The notes below the pieces were generated by a model that did not search any database, was not told the origin of the DNA, and saw nothing but the letters and a program-made list of their open reading frames with translations. A stretch of 64,000 nucleotides of DNA from an uncultured Bacillota bacterium (GTDB lineage: Bacteria; Bacillota; DTU025; MWDF01), in the NCBI GenBank assembly GCA_963823655.1, contig CAWGMK010000013.1:224001-288000 (forward strand), read 5' to 3'. Positions 49,584 through 60,103 of this stretch are shown here, in pieces. Each line of letters starts with the position of its first letter. Within the stretch, counting starts at the first letter, position 1. The position numbers and the translations under genes were made by a program.

Positions 49584-52500
49584 TTGGGTAAAGTCAGAGT
49601 TTTCGAGCTTTCGAAGTTGGTGAACATACCTAGCAAGGACCTCGTCGACCTCTTGAACAAGTTGGGCGTTCCTACGGCCAACCACATGAGCGCAATAGAC
49701 GAGAACGCGGCGAAGTATGTGCTTAGGAAATACGGCCCCGATGCCGAAAAGGAGAAGGCAGCGCCTGCGAAGCAGAAGGCCAAGCAGAAGCCGCAGCCTA
49801 AACCGGCAGCATCCCAGGAGCCGCAGGCCGAGGCGAATATGTCCATAAGAGGCCCGCTTCCTAACCAGTCGAGGCTTCAGAGAAATATACCACAGCCTCA
49901 GCAGAGGCCCCAGATCCAGGCTAAACCCCTTCCGGGCCAGGCGCCCAGGGCAGCGGCTCTACAGCTGGCAGCAGCAAGGCTGCAGCAGGCTCAGGAGGAG
50001 CAGAAAGCCCTTGAGGCAAGACTTGCCATAGAAAGGGCGGAGGCTGAGAAGCTGGCAGCCGAAAGAGCGGCAGTGGAGGCTGAAGAGGCGAGGAAGGCCG
50101 AAGCCGCACTGAAAGCCGAAGCCGAGCTCGAAGAGAAGAAGAAGGCAGCCGATGCCCGCCACGAGGCCAAGAAGGCAAAATCGCACAAGAAGGACGAGGA
50201 AGCCCCGGTACTTGAGGCTACTGAGCCCAAGGTTGAAACAAAGGAGCCTCAGGCAGAAGCAACCGCACCAAAGCCGGAGCCCGCAGTAATCATCGCGGAA
50301 GAGGTTATTGAGAAGGCAGGCAGAGGCAGCACCAGTTGAGGAGCCCAAGGCACCGGTAGAACCGGCGCTTGTAATAAGCGCGCCTAAGCCGGCACCTCAG
50401 GTTCAGCCGCAACCTACGGCAGTCCCTTCGCCAAGGCCCCAGGTTGCAGCCCCTACGACGGGTGCTTACCCGCAGAGGCCGCAAGGAGTCGGTACCGGCA
50501 CTGCAACTTACAGGAACCAGCCGGGAGTTGGCACAGGCACCGCAACTTACAGGAACCAGCCCGGCGTTGGCACAGGCACCGCCACTTACAGGAACCAGCC
50601 GGGCGTTGGCACAGGTACTGCAACTTACAGGAACCAGCCCGGAGTTGGCACCGGCACCGCAACTTACAGAAACCAGCCCGGACAGGGTACCGGAACCGCT
50701 ACGTACAGGCAGAATACCGGCACCGGCAATTTCGCCCCAAGGCCTCAGGGAACGGGAAACTTCGCACCCAGGCCTCAGGGCACAGGCACGTTCGGTCCGA
50801 GGCCGCAGGGAGGCACCGGCGGTTTTGCTCCCAGAAGGCCGCAGACGGGTGCGGGTATAACAGTCCCGCCGCCCGCAACAGAGGCGCCCATCAGCAAAGG
50901 CAAGGGCAAATCATGGGGCAATACTGGCAAAGAGAGGCGCTTTACTTCCGAGGATGACAATATGCGCGGTCCTATCAAGGGCAAGGCCGCTCCGATAAAG
51001 AAGGGCAAGAAGGGCATGGGCCCCGATTCAATTCTCGACAAGAACCTCAGGAATGTGGACGTCGAGATGCTCGATGAGGACGGCAATGTAGTTCGCAAGT
51101 CGATCAAGAGAAGAGAGAAGGCCGTCAAAACTAAGAGGATCATCATCGAGCCTGTGATGACAGTAAGGGATCTGGCTTTGAAGATGGAAGTAACGCCGGG
51201 GGATCTCATAAGAAAGCTTATGTCTCTCGGGGTCATGTCCGGCATAAACCAGACTATAGACAGCGATACGGCCCAGATAGTCGCGTCGGAGTTCGGAATC
51301 GACACAGAGCTCAAATCGGAGGCTGATGTCAGGGAGACATCCCTTACCAAGCTTGAGGACAAGCCGGAGATGCTTAAAACCAGGCCCCCCGTGATAACGA
51401 TAATGGGCCATGTCGACCACGGCAAGACCACTCTGCTGGACGCAATCAGGAAGACCAATGTGGCAGCAGGTGAAGCCGGCGGCATAACCCAGGCGATAGG
51501 CGCCTACCAGGTGGAACTGAATGGCAGGAAGATCACTTTCATAGATACACCGGGACATGCGGCCTTCACTTCGATGAGGGCAAGAGGCGCCCAGGTAACG
51601 GACATTGTCGTACTTGTAGTTGCAGCCGACGACGGCGTGATGCCGCAGACCAGGGAGGCCTACAACCACGCCAGATCCGCAGGAGTGCCGATCATTGTCG
51701 CAGTAAACAAGATCGACAGGCCGAACGCCCAGCCGGACAGGGTGCTTCAGGAGCTCTCCGAATTGGGCCTTATATCTGAGAAGTGGGGCGGAGATACGGT
51801 AACTGTCGAAGTCTCGGCCATTCAGAAGAGGGGCATCAGCGAACTGCTTGAAATGATCCTTCTTGTAGCCGATATGAAGGACCTGAAGGCGAACCCGGAC
51901 AGGCCGGCCCAGGGAATAGTAATCGAGGCCGAGAACAAGGCCGGGCTGGGCCCGTTGGCCACCGTCATAATCAAGAACGGTACGCTCAAGAGGGGCCAAT
52001 ACTGCCTGGCAGGCGAGGTGTCCGGACGCGTAAGGGCTCTTATAAACGAGAAGGGCGAGAGGCTGGACGAAGCCGGCCCGTCCACACCGGTGCAAGTCGT
52101 TGGGCTTTCAGCGGTACCGCACGGAGGGGATCCCTTCGATGTGGTCACCGATGAGCGAGAGGCCAAGGCGGTCGCCCAGAGAAGGGCCGACATCAGAAGG
52201 TCAAGCGAGCTTGTCGAGGAGAAGAAGCCCATAACGCTTGAGGACTTCTTCGCTCAAAAGGAATTCGGAGTCGTAAAGGACCTCAATATAATCCTGAAGG
52301 CGGACGTACAAGGCTCTGTGGAGGCCGTAAAGAAGTCGCTTGAGGAGCTCTCCAACGCCGAAGTCAGGGTAGTGGTCGTGCACAGCGGCGTAGGCGCAGT
52401 CTCCGAAAACGACGTCATGCTAGCATCTACTTCGGACTCGATAATCATCGCGTTCAATGTCAGGCCGGACAGCATAGCAGCCAAAGAAGCCGATGAAGTC

Positions 52501-52902
52501 GGCGTAGACATAAAGAGCTACAGGATAATCTACGAAGCAATCAATGACGTGGCTTTGGCAATGGAAGGCCTGCTCGAACCGGAGTACAAGGAGATAAGCC
52601 TCGGAAAGGCCGAAGTCAGGGCCGTGTTCAGCGTCCCGAAGGCCGGCAATATCGCAGGCTCCTATGTAATATCGGGGAAGATCACCAGAAACTCCACCGC
52701 CAGGGTCGTGCGCGACGGCAAGATCATACACGAGGGCAAGGTAACATCCCTTAGAAGGTTCAAGGATGACGCCAAGGAAGTGCTCGAGGGCTTCGAGTGC
52801 GGAATCGGCTTCGAAAGCTTCAACGACATAAAAGAGGGCGACATAATCGAAGCTTTCGGCCAGGAGCTTGTTAAGAGGACTGTTCTTGTAGAGCAGAAGT
52901 GA
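49584..52902 (+). CDS. infB: Translation initiation factor IF-2, ~1105 aa; +1 frameshift at ~50319
   Basis: IF2[41 protein letters not shown]. Confidence 0.96.
50485..50844 (+). repeat. Coding tandem repeats in infB: 6 x 39 bp ([13 protein letters not shown], last copy degenerate), then 3 x 30 bp plus 1 degenerate ([10 protein letters not shown])
   Basis: Units start at 50485, 50524, 50563, 50602, 50641, 50680, then 50719, 50749, 50779, 50809. Confidence 0.95.
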
Positions 52903-53186
52903 GATCGTCTGCCTGCCTCATGACGCTTCGCGTAACCTTGAGCGAGTCGACTAGCCTCAAGGACAAACGTTCCGTGATCAGGGGGATAGTGGACAGGCTC
53001 GGCAGGTTGAAGAACGTGGCGATTGCCGAGACTGGCCTGAGAGACAGCTTGGCTTCGGCGGAGCTGACCATCGCGGTGGTTGGGGATTCCCCTACTTTCG
53101 TAGATGAGGCGATGGAAAATATCATTAATGACATCGATTCGGCGGACGAGTTAACAATTTCTGTCCTCCGAGTCGAGAGATACTAG
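52899..53186 (+). CDS. ylxP: DUF503 protein YlxP
   Basis: SLKDKRSVI..NVAIAE; between infB and rbfA. Confidence 0.85.
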   Translation: MRSSACLMTLRVTLSESTSLKDKRSVIRGIVDRLGRLKNVAIAETGLRDSLASAELTIAVVGDSPTFVDEAMENIINDIDSADELTISVLRVERY

Positions 53187-53202
53187 GAAGGTGCAGTGTC
53201 AA

Positions 53203-53562
53203 ATGTCCTTTAGAAGGAACAGGATGCAGGATGCTATAAGAGACGAGCTCTCCGTGATAATCTCCAAGGAGCTTGGAGACCCGAGGCTTGCTTTCGCAAG
53301 CGTCACGGCAGTCGAGCTCGCACAGGATATGGCCTTCGCCAAGGTCTTCATAAGCTCGTTCAAGAAGGAGCCGGATGCTGCGGACGCGGCAGCCGAAGCG
53401 CTTGAATCGGCAAAGGGCCGCATAAGAGGGGAGATCGGCAGGCGCCTTATGATGAGGCATGCCCCCGAGCTGACCTTCAGGCCCGACCATTCAATGGAGA
53501 AGGCAGCGAAAGTGCTCGAGATATTAAACGACATCAAGCAAGAAGCGGAGGAGCCCAAATGA
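53203..53562 (+). CDS. rbfA: Ribosome-binding factor A
   Basis: DPRL..VTAVE..D..AKVF, RHAPELTF. Confidence 0.94.
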   Translation: MSFRRNRMQDAIRDELSVIISKELGDPRLAFASVTAVELAQDMAFAKVFISSFKKEPDAADAAAEALESAKGRIRGEIGRRLMMRHAPELTFRPDHSMEKAAKVLEILNDIKQEAEEPK

Positions 53563-54557
53563 GGGTCCCGGAGAATATAATCGCCGCCATACGCAGCGCC
53601 GAATCTGTGCTGGTTACGTCTCACATCGTCCCCGACGGCGATGCCATCGGTTCGGTGCTGGGGCTTGGCCTTTCCTTAAAGGAAGCAGGCAAGCGGGTAT
53701 ATCTGCTGGTAGACGGCGGGGCTCCGAGAAACCTGTCATTTCTTCCCGGTGCGTCCTATATACTCACGGACCCCGAGGAGATACCGGAAGGCCTCGACCT
53801 TGCGGTAATCCTGGATGTGGGCTCATACGACAGGATAGGAGTCGCAGAGGCTCCTGCAAAGTCGTGCAAATTGAAGGTGAACATCGACCACCATGCTACG
53901 AACTCCGGGTTCACCGAGCTTGCGTGGGTGGATACTTCGGCCCCTGCGACAGGCCTCATGGTGGCGGAGCTGGTCAAATCATTGGGGCTTCCTTTCAAAC
54001 CTGCCGCGGCGACTGCGATATTCTGCGCGATTTCAACAGATACCGGCTCTTTCAGGTATAGCAACACTAACTCGGCGTGCTTCAGGCTCGCGGCGGAGCT
54101 CATCGACGCAGGCGCAGATCCTTATGGAGTGTCCATGAACGTCTACGACAGCAGGCCTCTGGGCGCGGTAAAAGGGCTGGGCGCAGTGCTTTCCGAAATT
54201 GAGATAAAAGTCGGCGGCAAGCTTGCAGTAATGCAAATAAGGCGGGCTCTCATGCTCGAGTACGGCCTTAGCGAGAGCGACGTCGAGGGCTTCATCTCCT
54301 ACGGAAGGTCCATCGACGGCGTCGAAGTATGCGTAGCTTTCAAGGAGCTGGAAGACGGCGTAGTGAAAGTCGGATTCAGGTCCAAATCGCTTATTGACGT
54401 GTCCGTAATTGCCTCCGGGTTCGGAGGGGGCGGCCACAAGCGCGCATCGGGATGCACAGTTGAAGGCGGCCTTGACAGGGCCCTCGGGATGATCATCCCG
54501 GCAGTAGAACGGGCGATTGCGGAAGGGTATTCCCATGGACGGAATTCTAGGGATTGA
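53559..54557 (+). CDS. nrnA: DHH/DHHA1 phosphoesterase (NrnA-like)
   Basis: HIVPDGDAIGS, IDHH, TDTGSFRY, FRSK, GGGGHKRASG. Confidence 0.9.
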   Translation: MRVPENIIAAIRSAESVLVTSHIVPDGDAIGSVLGLGLSLKEAGKRVYLLVDGGAPRNLSFLPGASYILTDPEEIPEGLDLAVILDVGSYDRIGVAEAPAKSCKLKVNIDHHATNSGFTELAWVDTSAPATGLMVAELVKSLGLPFKPAAATAIFCAISTDTGSFRYSNTNSACFRLAAELIDAGADPYGVSMNVYDSRPLGAVKGLGAVLSEIEIKVGGKLAVMQIRRALMLEYGLSESDVEGFISYGRSIDGVEVCVAFKELEDGVVKVGFRSKSLIDVSVIASGFGGGGHKRASGCTVEGGLDRALGMIIPAVERAIAEGYSHGRNSRD

Positions 54558-55482
54558 CAAGCCCGCAGGCCTGACGTCCTTCGATGTTGTTGCAAGGATG
54601 CGGAGGGCTTCAAGGGAAAAGAGAATTGGCCATACAGGCACACTGGATCCGGAGGCAACAGGCGTGCTTGTAATCTGTATGGGGGCGGCCACAAGGCTTT
54701 CCTCAAGGCTTACCGAAAGCACCAAGTCTTACTCGGCCGGCCTTTCGCTTGGCAGGTCAACCGACACAGCCGACGCCTGGGGCCGGACTATCCGCGAGGA
54801 GGCCGGCTTTATTTTACGCCCTGCCGAGCTTATATCTTGCCTTGCGAGCTTCCAGGGTGAAATTCTTCAGGTACCTCCCATGTTCTCGGCTTTGAAAGTG
54901 GGCGGCAGGAAGCTTTACGATATGGCGAGAAACGGCGAGCAGGTAGAGAGGGCAGCGAGGAAAGTAACGATATCCTCGATATCAGCCAATATCCCGCCCG
55001 ACAAGGCAGAGCTCAAATTCGGCGATGTGGTGGAGATTTCGGTTGAGTGCTCAGCCGGCACCTATATCAGGACGCTTTGTGAGGATATCGGGAAGTGCCT
55101 CGGCATACCGTCGCACATGTCCAGCCTGAGAAGGACCTATGCATCGGGATTCGCAATAGAGCAGTGCCTGAAGCTGGAACAGGCGGAGAAGATCGCATCC
55201 TCCGGTGAGCTGCGATCCATTATCATACCGATAGAAAAGGCGCTTCCGTTGATGCCTCGCGTAATGCTTGAGGCATTCGATGCAAACAGGGCTTGCATGG
55301 GCAATGAGATATTGTATCCAGGTCATATCGACTCCGATGAGGCGATGCTGATCGGGCCTTCTGGCGAGGCGATAGCCATCGCGCTGGCAGATACAATTCC
55401 AGCTGATAATAACAGGACTATACTAAGGCCCAGGGTCGTTTTCAGAAGTTCGGAGGAAGTTTTCGCAAATGGCGCCAGGTAA
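54535..55482 (+). CDS. truB: tRNA pseudouridine 55 synthase
   Basis: DKPAGLTSFD, GHTGTLDP, PPMFSALK, CSAGTYIR. Confidence 0.96.
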   Translation: MDGILGIDKPAGLTSFDVVARMRRASREKRIGHTGTLDPEATGVLVICMGAATRLSSRLTESTKSYSAGLSLGRSTDTADAWGRTIREEAGFILRPAELISCLASFQGEILQVPPMFSALKVGGRKLYDMARNGEQVERAARKVTISSISANIPPDKAELKFGDVVEISVECSAGTYIRTLCEDIGKCLGIPSHMSSLRRTYASGFAIEQCLKLEQAEKIASSGELRSIIIPIEKALPLMPRVMLEAFDANRACMGNEILYPGHIDSDEAMLIGPSGEAIAIALADTIPADNNRTILRPRVVFRSSEEVFANGAR

Positions 55483-56248
55483 TATGAATGCAATAGCGCT
55501 CGGGACATTCGACGGCGTGCATATCGCCCACAGGATGCTCATCAAACAGGCACTTGCCGCGAAATCTGGCGGCAAGGTCATAGCCGTTACCTTCGACAGG
55601 ATCCCGGGTTCGATGTTCGGAAAAGACGGCAAGATGCGGCAGATTGTAGATTGCCAGGACAAGCTGCGCCTTTTGTATAACGCAGGGGCCGAGGAAGTGA
55701 AGCTTCTGGCCTTTGACGAGAAGCTCTACTCAATGAGCCCGGAGGCCTTCTTCGAAGAGATCATTGTAGGACGTTATGGCGCCGGGCTGCTGGCTGTCGG
55801 CCATGATTACAGGTTCGGCAGGGGAGGCAAAGGAGACGTAGACCTTCTTCAGAGGCTCTGTATAGAACAAGGCGTGCAGCTTCTGGTGCTCGGGGAGATG
55901 TCCATGGGGGATATCAGGATTTCGAGCTCGGAGATCAGGCGCAGGATAGCCTCCGGGCAGTCCTTGGAAGCCGCCGAAATGCTGGGCAGGGTGCATTCTT
56001 TCAAAGCCGTCGGAAGCGGCGGTTCCTATCTCGTGGATGAGGAGCTTGCGCTGCCGCCCGCAGGGATGAAGTTCAAAACCGCAGTATTCGACGATTTGCC
56101 CGATTTCGCAAGCTTCGATGAATACGATTCCATATTTTGGTTGGAGCAATCCCGGGACGGATATGTAATCAGGCTTCAGGGCAATGCTCCGATCCGGGGC
56201 AAAAGGGAGATCTATTTGCTCTTCGGCCCTCGGGCCGGCCAGGTTTAA
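55469..56248 (+). CDS. ribF: FAD synthetase (FMN adenylyltransferase domain intact, riboflavin kinase domain degenerate)
   Basis: [29 protein letters not shown]; only 259 aa and no PTAN motif. Confidence 0.85.
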   Translation: MAPGNMNAIALGTFDGVHIAHRMLIKQALAAKSGGKVIAVTFDRIPGSMFGKDGKMRQIVDCQDKLRLLYNAGAEEVKLLAFDEKLYSMSPEAFFEEIIVGRYGAGLLAVGHDYRFGRGGKGDVDLLQRLCIEQGVQLLVLGEMSMGDIRISSSEIRRRIASGQSLEAAEMLGRVHSFKAVGSGGSYLVDEELALPPAGMKFKTAVFDDLPDFASFDEYDSIFWLEQSRDGYVIRLQGNAPIRGKREIYLLFGPRAGQV

Positions 56249-56250
56249 GG

Positions 56251-56279
56251 TTTACAGGTCCAAGCTGCTCTGTTATACT
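56251..56279 (+). promoter_or_regulatory. Promoter of rpsO
   Basis: TTTACA-17 nt-TATACT with extended TG. Confidence 0.7.
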
Positions 56280-56295
56280 GTTATGTGTATTAAGC

Positions 56296-56348
56296 CAACC
56301 CATGCTCAGATGCTCGCAACTCCGGCGGCTTCCTAGCTTGGGGGGTCA
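56296..56348 (+). promoter_or_regulatory. S15 (rpsO) leader
   Basis: AACCCATGCT...TAGCTTGGGGG structured UTR between the promoter and the SD, resembling Bacillota rpsO leaders. Confidence 0.55.
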
Positions 56349-56367
56349 TAAAATGGAGGAGAAAGAA

Positions 56368-56637
56368 ATGCCGCTAGATCTCGTAAAGAAGAGACAGATC
56401 ATCGATGAGTACAAACAACATGAAACAGACACCGGTTCGCCTGAAGTGCAGGTCGCGATGCTGACCGAGAGGATCAATTACCTCACAGAGCATCTAAAGG
56501 AGCACAAGAAGGACCATCACTCGCGCCGTGGGCTTTTGAAGATGGTCGGACAAAGGCGAAGCCTATTGAACTATCTGAAGGACCGCGATGTAGATCGCTA
56601 CCGCGCGATAGTCGAGAAGCTGGGTCTGCGCAAATAA
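56368..56637 (+). CDS. rpsO: 30S ribosomal protein S15
   Basis: [26 protein letters not shown]. Confidence 0.98.
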   Translation: MPLDLVKKRQIIDEYKQHETDTGSPEVQVAMLTERINYLTEHLKEHKKDHHSRRGLLKMVGQRRSLLNYLKDRDVDRYRAIVEKLGLRK

Positions 56638-56648
56638 TAGACGCATAT

Positions 56649-56693
56649 GGGAGCGTGGAGGCGAAGAAGGTCCTAACCGCGCTCCCTTATTTT
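56649..56693 (+). terminator. Hairpin/terminator between rpsO and pnp
   Basis: GGGAGCG...CGCTCCC stem followed by TTATTTT. Confidence 0.55.
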
Positions 56694-56715
56694 GAGGAGG
56701 AAGTGTAAAGAGAAG

Positions 56716-58956
56716 ATGCATCAAATTTTCACAATGGAAATTGGAGGGAAAACATTTACGGCCGAGACGGGCAAGTTCGCCAAGCAGGCATCAGGTTCGG
56801 TCCTTTGCCGTTATTCGGACACTGTGGTGCTGGTAACAGCCACGATGTCCAAGCAGCCCAGACTGGGAATAGATTTCTTCCCGCTCACGGTGGACTATGA
56901 AGAGAGGATGTATGCCGCAGGCAAGATACCCGGCGGCTTCATCAAGAGGGAAGGTAGGCCCAGCGAAGCAGCCATACTTGCAGGCAGGATGATAGACCGC
57001 CCTGTAAGGCCCCTTTTCCCGGAGGGCTTCAGAAACGACGTCCAGGTGGTAGCCACTGTTCTGTCAGTAGAGCAGGGCGTCGAACCCTCGCTAGTAGCGA
57101 TGAACGGCGCATCCATCGCCCTTTCGATCTCACCGACCCCCTTCCAGGGACCCATCGGCGGAGTGAAAGTGGGCAGGGTGGACGGCAAGTTCATAATCAA
57201 CCCCGACACTGAGCAGCAGAAGGCATCCGACATGTCCGTGGTTGTGGCAGGCACGCGCGACGCCATACTCATGGTAGAAGCCGGCGCCAACGAAGTCAGC
57301 GAGGCTGACATGCTCGAGGCCATTCTATTCGGCCACGAACAGATCAAGAAGATCATCGAATTCCAGGACGGGATCGTTGCCGCCGCTGGCGCCCCGAAGG
57401 TGGAGTTCAAGAACTTCGAGCCTGCAGCCGAAAAGATGGACATGGTGCGCTCATTCGGCGAGGCCATGCTTATAGAAGCCGTGAAGAACCCCGACAAGCT
57501 CTCCCGCGATGCGAAGATTGAGGAGGCGAAAGCCGCCATATACGAGCATTTCAGCGAGCAGATGGGCGAAGGCGCCGACCTCGGGGAGCTTTCATACATA
57601 GTCGATTTCCTGGAGAAGGAAGTCGTCCGCATGATGATCACAAGGGAGCACATGAGGCCCGACGGCCGTGCCCTTGACGAGATCAGGCCCTTGTACTGCG
57701 AAGTCGGCCTGCTTCCCAGAGTCCACGGATCCGGCCTTTTCCAGCGCGGCCAGACCCAGGTCCTGACAAGCTGCACGCTAGGTTCGGCAAGCGAGGAGCA
57801 GATCCTAGACGGCCTCGGACTTGAGGAATCGAAGAACTATATGCACCAGTACAACTTCCCGCCTTACTCGGTAGGCGAAGTAAAGCCCATGAGAGGCCCC
57901 GGCCGCCGCGAGATAGGGCACGGTGCCCTTGCAGAGCGCGCTCTTGTGCCTGTGATACCCCCTCAGGATGTCTTCCCTTACACCATAAGGATGGTATCCG
58001 AGGCTATCGAATCTAACGGCTCAACCAGCCAGGCATCGATATGCGGCAGCACCCTCGCCCTTATGAACGCGGGCGTGCCGATAAGGAAGCCCGTTGCCGG
58101 AGTAGCGATGGGACTCGTCAAATTCGGCGAGGACTACGCAATACTTACAGACATCCAGGGCATAGAGGACCATTTGGGCGACATGGACTTCAAAGTCGCG
58201 GGAACCGCAGACGGCATCACCGCCATTCAGATGGACATAAAGATCAAGGGCCTTTCCAAGGACATCCTCGAGAAGGCACTTGCCCAGGCGAAGAAGGGCA
58301 GACTGTTCATCCTGAAGACCATGCTCGAGTGCATCGACAAGCCCAACACAGAGCTTTCACCTTACGCGCCCAGGATAATCTCCTTCACCATCGACGTCGA
58401 CAAGATCAGGGAGGTAATTGGCCCTGGCGGCAAGATGATAAGGAAGATAATCGAGATGACAGGCGCCGGCATAGACATAGAGGATGACGGCCGCGTATTC
58501 GTGTCATCAGTAGGCCAGGAGGGCGCAATCAAGGCCGAGAACTACATCAAGGCACTTGTCAGCGACCCCGTGGTAGGCACGGTTTATAACGGCAAGGTCA
58601 CAAGGATAATGACTTTCGGAGCCTTTGTGGAGATCCTCCCGGGCAAGGAAGGCCTCGTACATATTTCCCAGCTGGCGGCCGATCGCGTTGCCAAGGTGGA
58701 GGACGTCGTCAAAGTGGGCGATGAGCTTTCAGTCAAGCTGATGGAGATCGACTCCCAGGGAAGGCTGAACCTATCGCACAAGGAGCTGCTGCCCAAGCCG
58801 GAAAGGCCAGCTGTTAGTCCGATCGAAAGGCCAATCGCCCCTCAGATCGAAAGACCGGCGGCAAAGCCGGTAGAGCAGGCGGAACCGGTAGAGCAGACAC
58901 AGAAGTCAGAAGATGACCTCGACGGCAAGTTCTACGCCAGGCCCAAGCGCAGCTAG
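56716..58956 (+). CDS. pnp: Polyribonucleotide nucleotidyltransferase
   Basis: [38 protein letters not shown] and S1 domains. Confidence 0.97.
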   Translation: MHQIFTMEIGGKTFTAETGKFAKQASGSVLCRYSDTVVLVTATMSKQPRLGIDFFPLTVDYEERMYAAGKIPGGFIKREGRPSEAAILAGRMIDRPVRPLFPEGFRNDVQVVATVLSVEQGVEPSLVAMNGASIALSISPTPFQGPIGGVKVGRVDGKFIINPDTEQQKASDMSVVVAGTRDAILMVEAGANEVSEADMLEAILFGHEQIKKIIEFQDGIVAAAGAPKVEFKNFEPAAEKMDMVRSFGEAMLIEAVKNPDKLSRDAKIEEAKAAIYEHFSEQMGEGADLGELSYIVDFLEKEVVRMMITREHMRPDGRALDEIRPLYCEVGLLPRVHGSGLFQRGQTQVLTSCTLGSASEEQILDGLGLEESKNYMHQYNFPPYSVGEVKPMRGPGRREIGHGALAERALVPVIPPQDVFPYTIRMVSEAIESNGSTSQASICGSTLALMNAGVPIRKPVAGVAMGLVKFGEDYAILTDIQGIEDHLGDMDFKVAGTADGITAIQMDIKIKGLSKDILEKALAQAKKGRLFILKTMLECIDKPNTELSPYAPRIISFTIDVDKIREVIGPGGKMIRKIIEMTGAGIDIEDDGRVFVSSVGQEGAIKAENYIKALVSDPVVGTVYNGKVTRIMTFGAFVEILPGKEGLVHISQLAADRVAKVEDVVKVGDELSVKLMEIDSQGRLNLSHKELLPKPERPAVSPIERPIAPQIERPAAKPVEQAEPVEQTQKSEDDLDGKFYARPKRS

Positions 58957-59004
58957 TAACAAGTACTTCAGCGCGAAAGGACCATGACAATACGGAGGTG
59001 CCTT

Positions 59005-60087
59005 ATGAGCAACGCAGGAAGAGGCCCGATTACCGTACTTGCTGTAAATCCGGGCTCGACTTCAACCAAGGCGGCCGTCTTCACTGACGGCAAGCTGTCG
59101 GAATCATTCAGCATAGAGCATGACAAAGCGGTCCTTGATTCGCTGGGGGCAATCAAGGACCAGCTCACATACAGACTGGATGGTATAAGAGCCGCCCTTG
59201 TCCACGACGCCGGATGCCTTGACGGGCTGAGCGCAGTAGTGGGAAGGGGCGGCCTTCTCAAACCTATGGAGGGCGGGGTGTATGAGGTCGGCCTCAAAAT
59301 GGTCGAAGATGCCCTGGAGCGCCCCATGGCGCAGCATGCGGCAAATCTCGGCTGTGCGCTTGCCTTCAACCTTGCAAAGGAGCACGGTGTGCCCGCCTAT
59401 ATAGTGGATGCCGTCTGTACGGACGAGTACGAGCCCGAAGCCCGCATATCGGGGCTTCCCGCGGTGCCCAGGATATCCTTCCTGCACGCCCTCTCTGCGA
59501 GGGCATCTGCCAGAAGGGCCGCCTCCGAGCTCGGCCTGGCCTTCGAAAAGGCGAGCTTCGTCGTAGCGCACATGGGAGGCGGGACCACAATCTGCTCGGT
59601 CAGGGGCGGAAGGCTAATCGATGCCAACAACTCAAATGACGAAGGACCTTTCACACCTGAAAGGACCGGCACTCTGCCGGCTGGCTCGGTTGTGGATATT
59701 TGTTATTCGGGCAAGTACACTAAGCAGCAGCTAAGAGACATATTCCTTCGCAAAAGCGGCCTGTTCGGATATACCGGCACCAATGACGCCAGGGAGATAA
59801 TCAAAAGGATTGAGGCCGGCGACGAGAAGGCGAGGGAAGTCATGTCAGCCATGGCATACCAGACAGCAAAAGAGATAGGCGCCTATGCCGCGGTCCTTTC
59901 CGGGAAACAGGACGCGGTCGTGCTGACCGGAGGCCTTGCTAACTGGTCCATGTTCGTCCAGGAGCTTACAGGATACATTTCATTTTTAGGCAAAATCCTT
60001 GTGTATCCGGGAGAGAATGAGATGCAGGCGCTTGGCGAAGGCGCAACGCTTGCCGTAATGGGCAAAGTGCCCGTGAAGAAATACTGA
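59005..60087 (+). CDS. buk: Butyrate / branched-chain fatty acid kinase, copy 1
   Basis: NPGSTSTK, GRGGLL, HAANLG, HMGGG, GPFTPER, LTGG, YPGENE. Confidence 0.93.
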   Translation: MSNAGRGPITVLAVNPGSTSTKAAVFTDGKLSESFSIEHDKAVLDSLGAIKDQLTYRLDGIRAALVHDAGCLDGLSAVVGRGGLLKPMEGGVYEVGLKMVEDALERPMAQHAANLGCALAFNLAKEHGVPAYIVDAVCTDEYEPEARISGLPAVPRISFLHALSARASARRAASELGLAFEKASFVVAHMGGGTTICSVRGGRLIDANNSNDEGPFTPERTGTLPAGSVVDICYSGKYTKQQLRDIFLRKSGLFGYTGTNDAREIIKRIEAGDEKAREVMSAMAYQTAKEIGAYAAVLSGKQDAVVLTGGLANWSMFVQELTGYISFLGKILVYPGENEMQALGEGATLAVMGKVPVKKY

Positions 60088-60103
60088 TGAGGGGGGCTTT
60101 GGG

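Noticed and set aside
50485-50844. Repeat array as a CRISPR or DNA-level VNTR
   Set aside because: There are no spacers or cas genes, the units are in frame within infB, and they vary only at synonymous sites.
56137-56367. Long N-terminal extension of S15 in the ORF track
   Set aside because: It spans the ribF end, the promoter and the leader; the SD supports ATG 56368.
37759-57776. Long antisense ORFs (e.g. 37759-38742, 39117-40025, 41745-42650, 45301-46206, 51028-52095, 56895-57776)
   Set aside because: They are shadows of conserved sense genes caused by codon bias, with no recognisable motifs.
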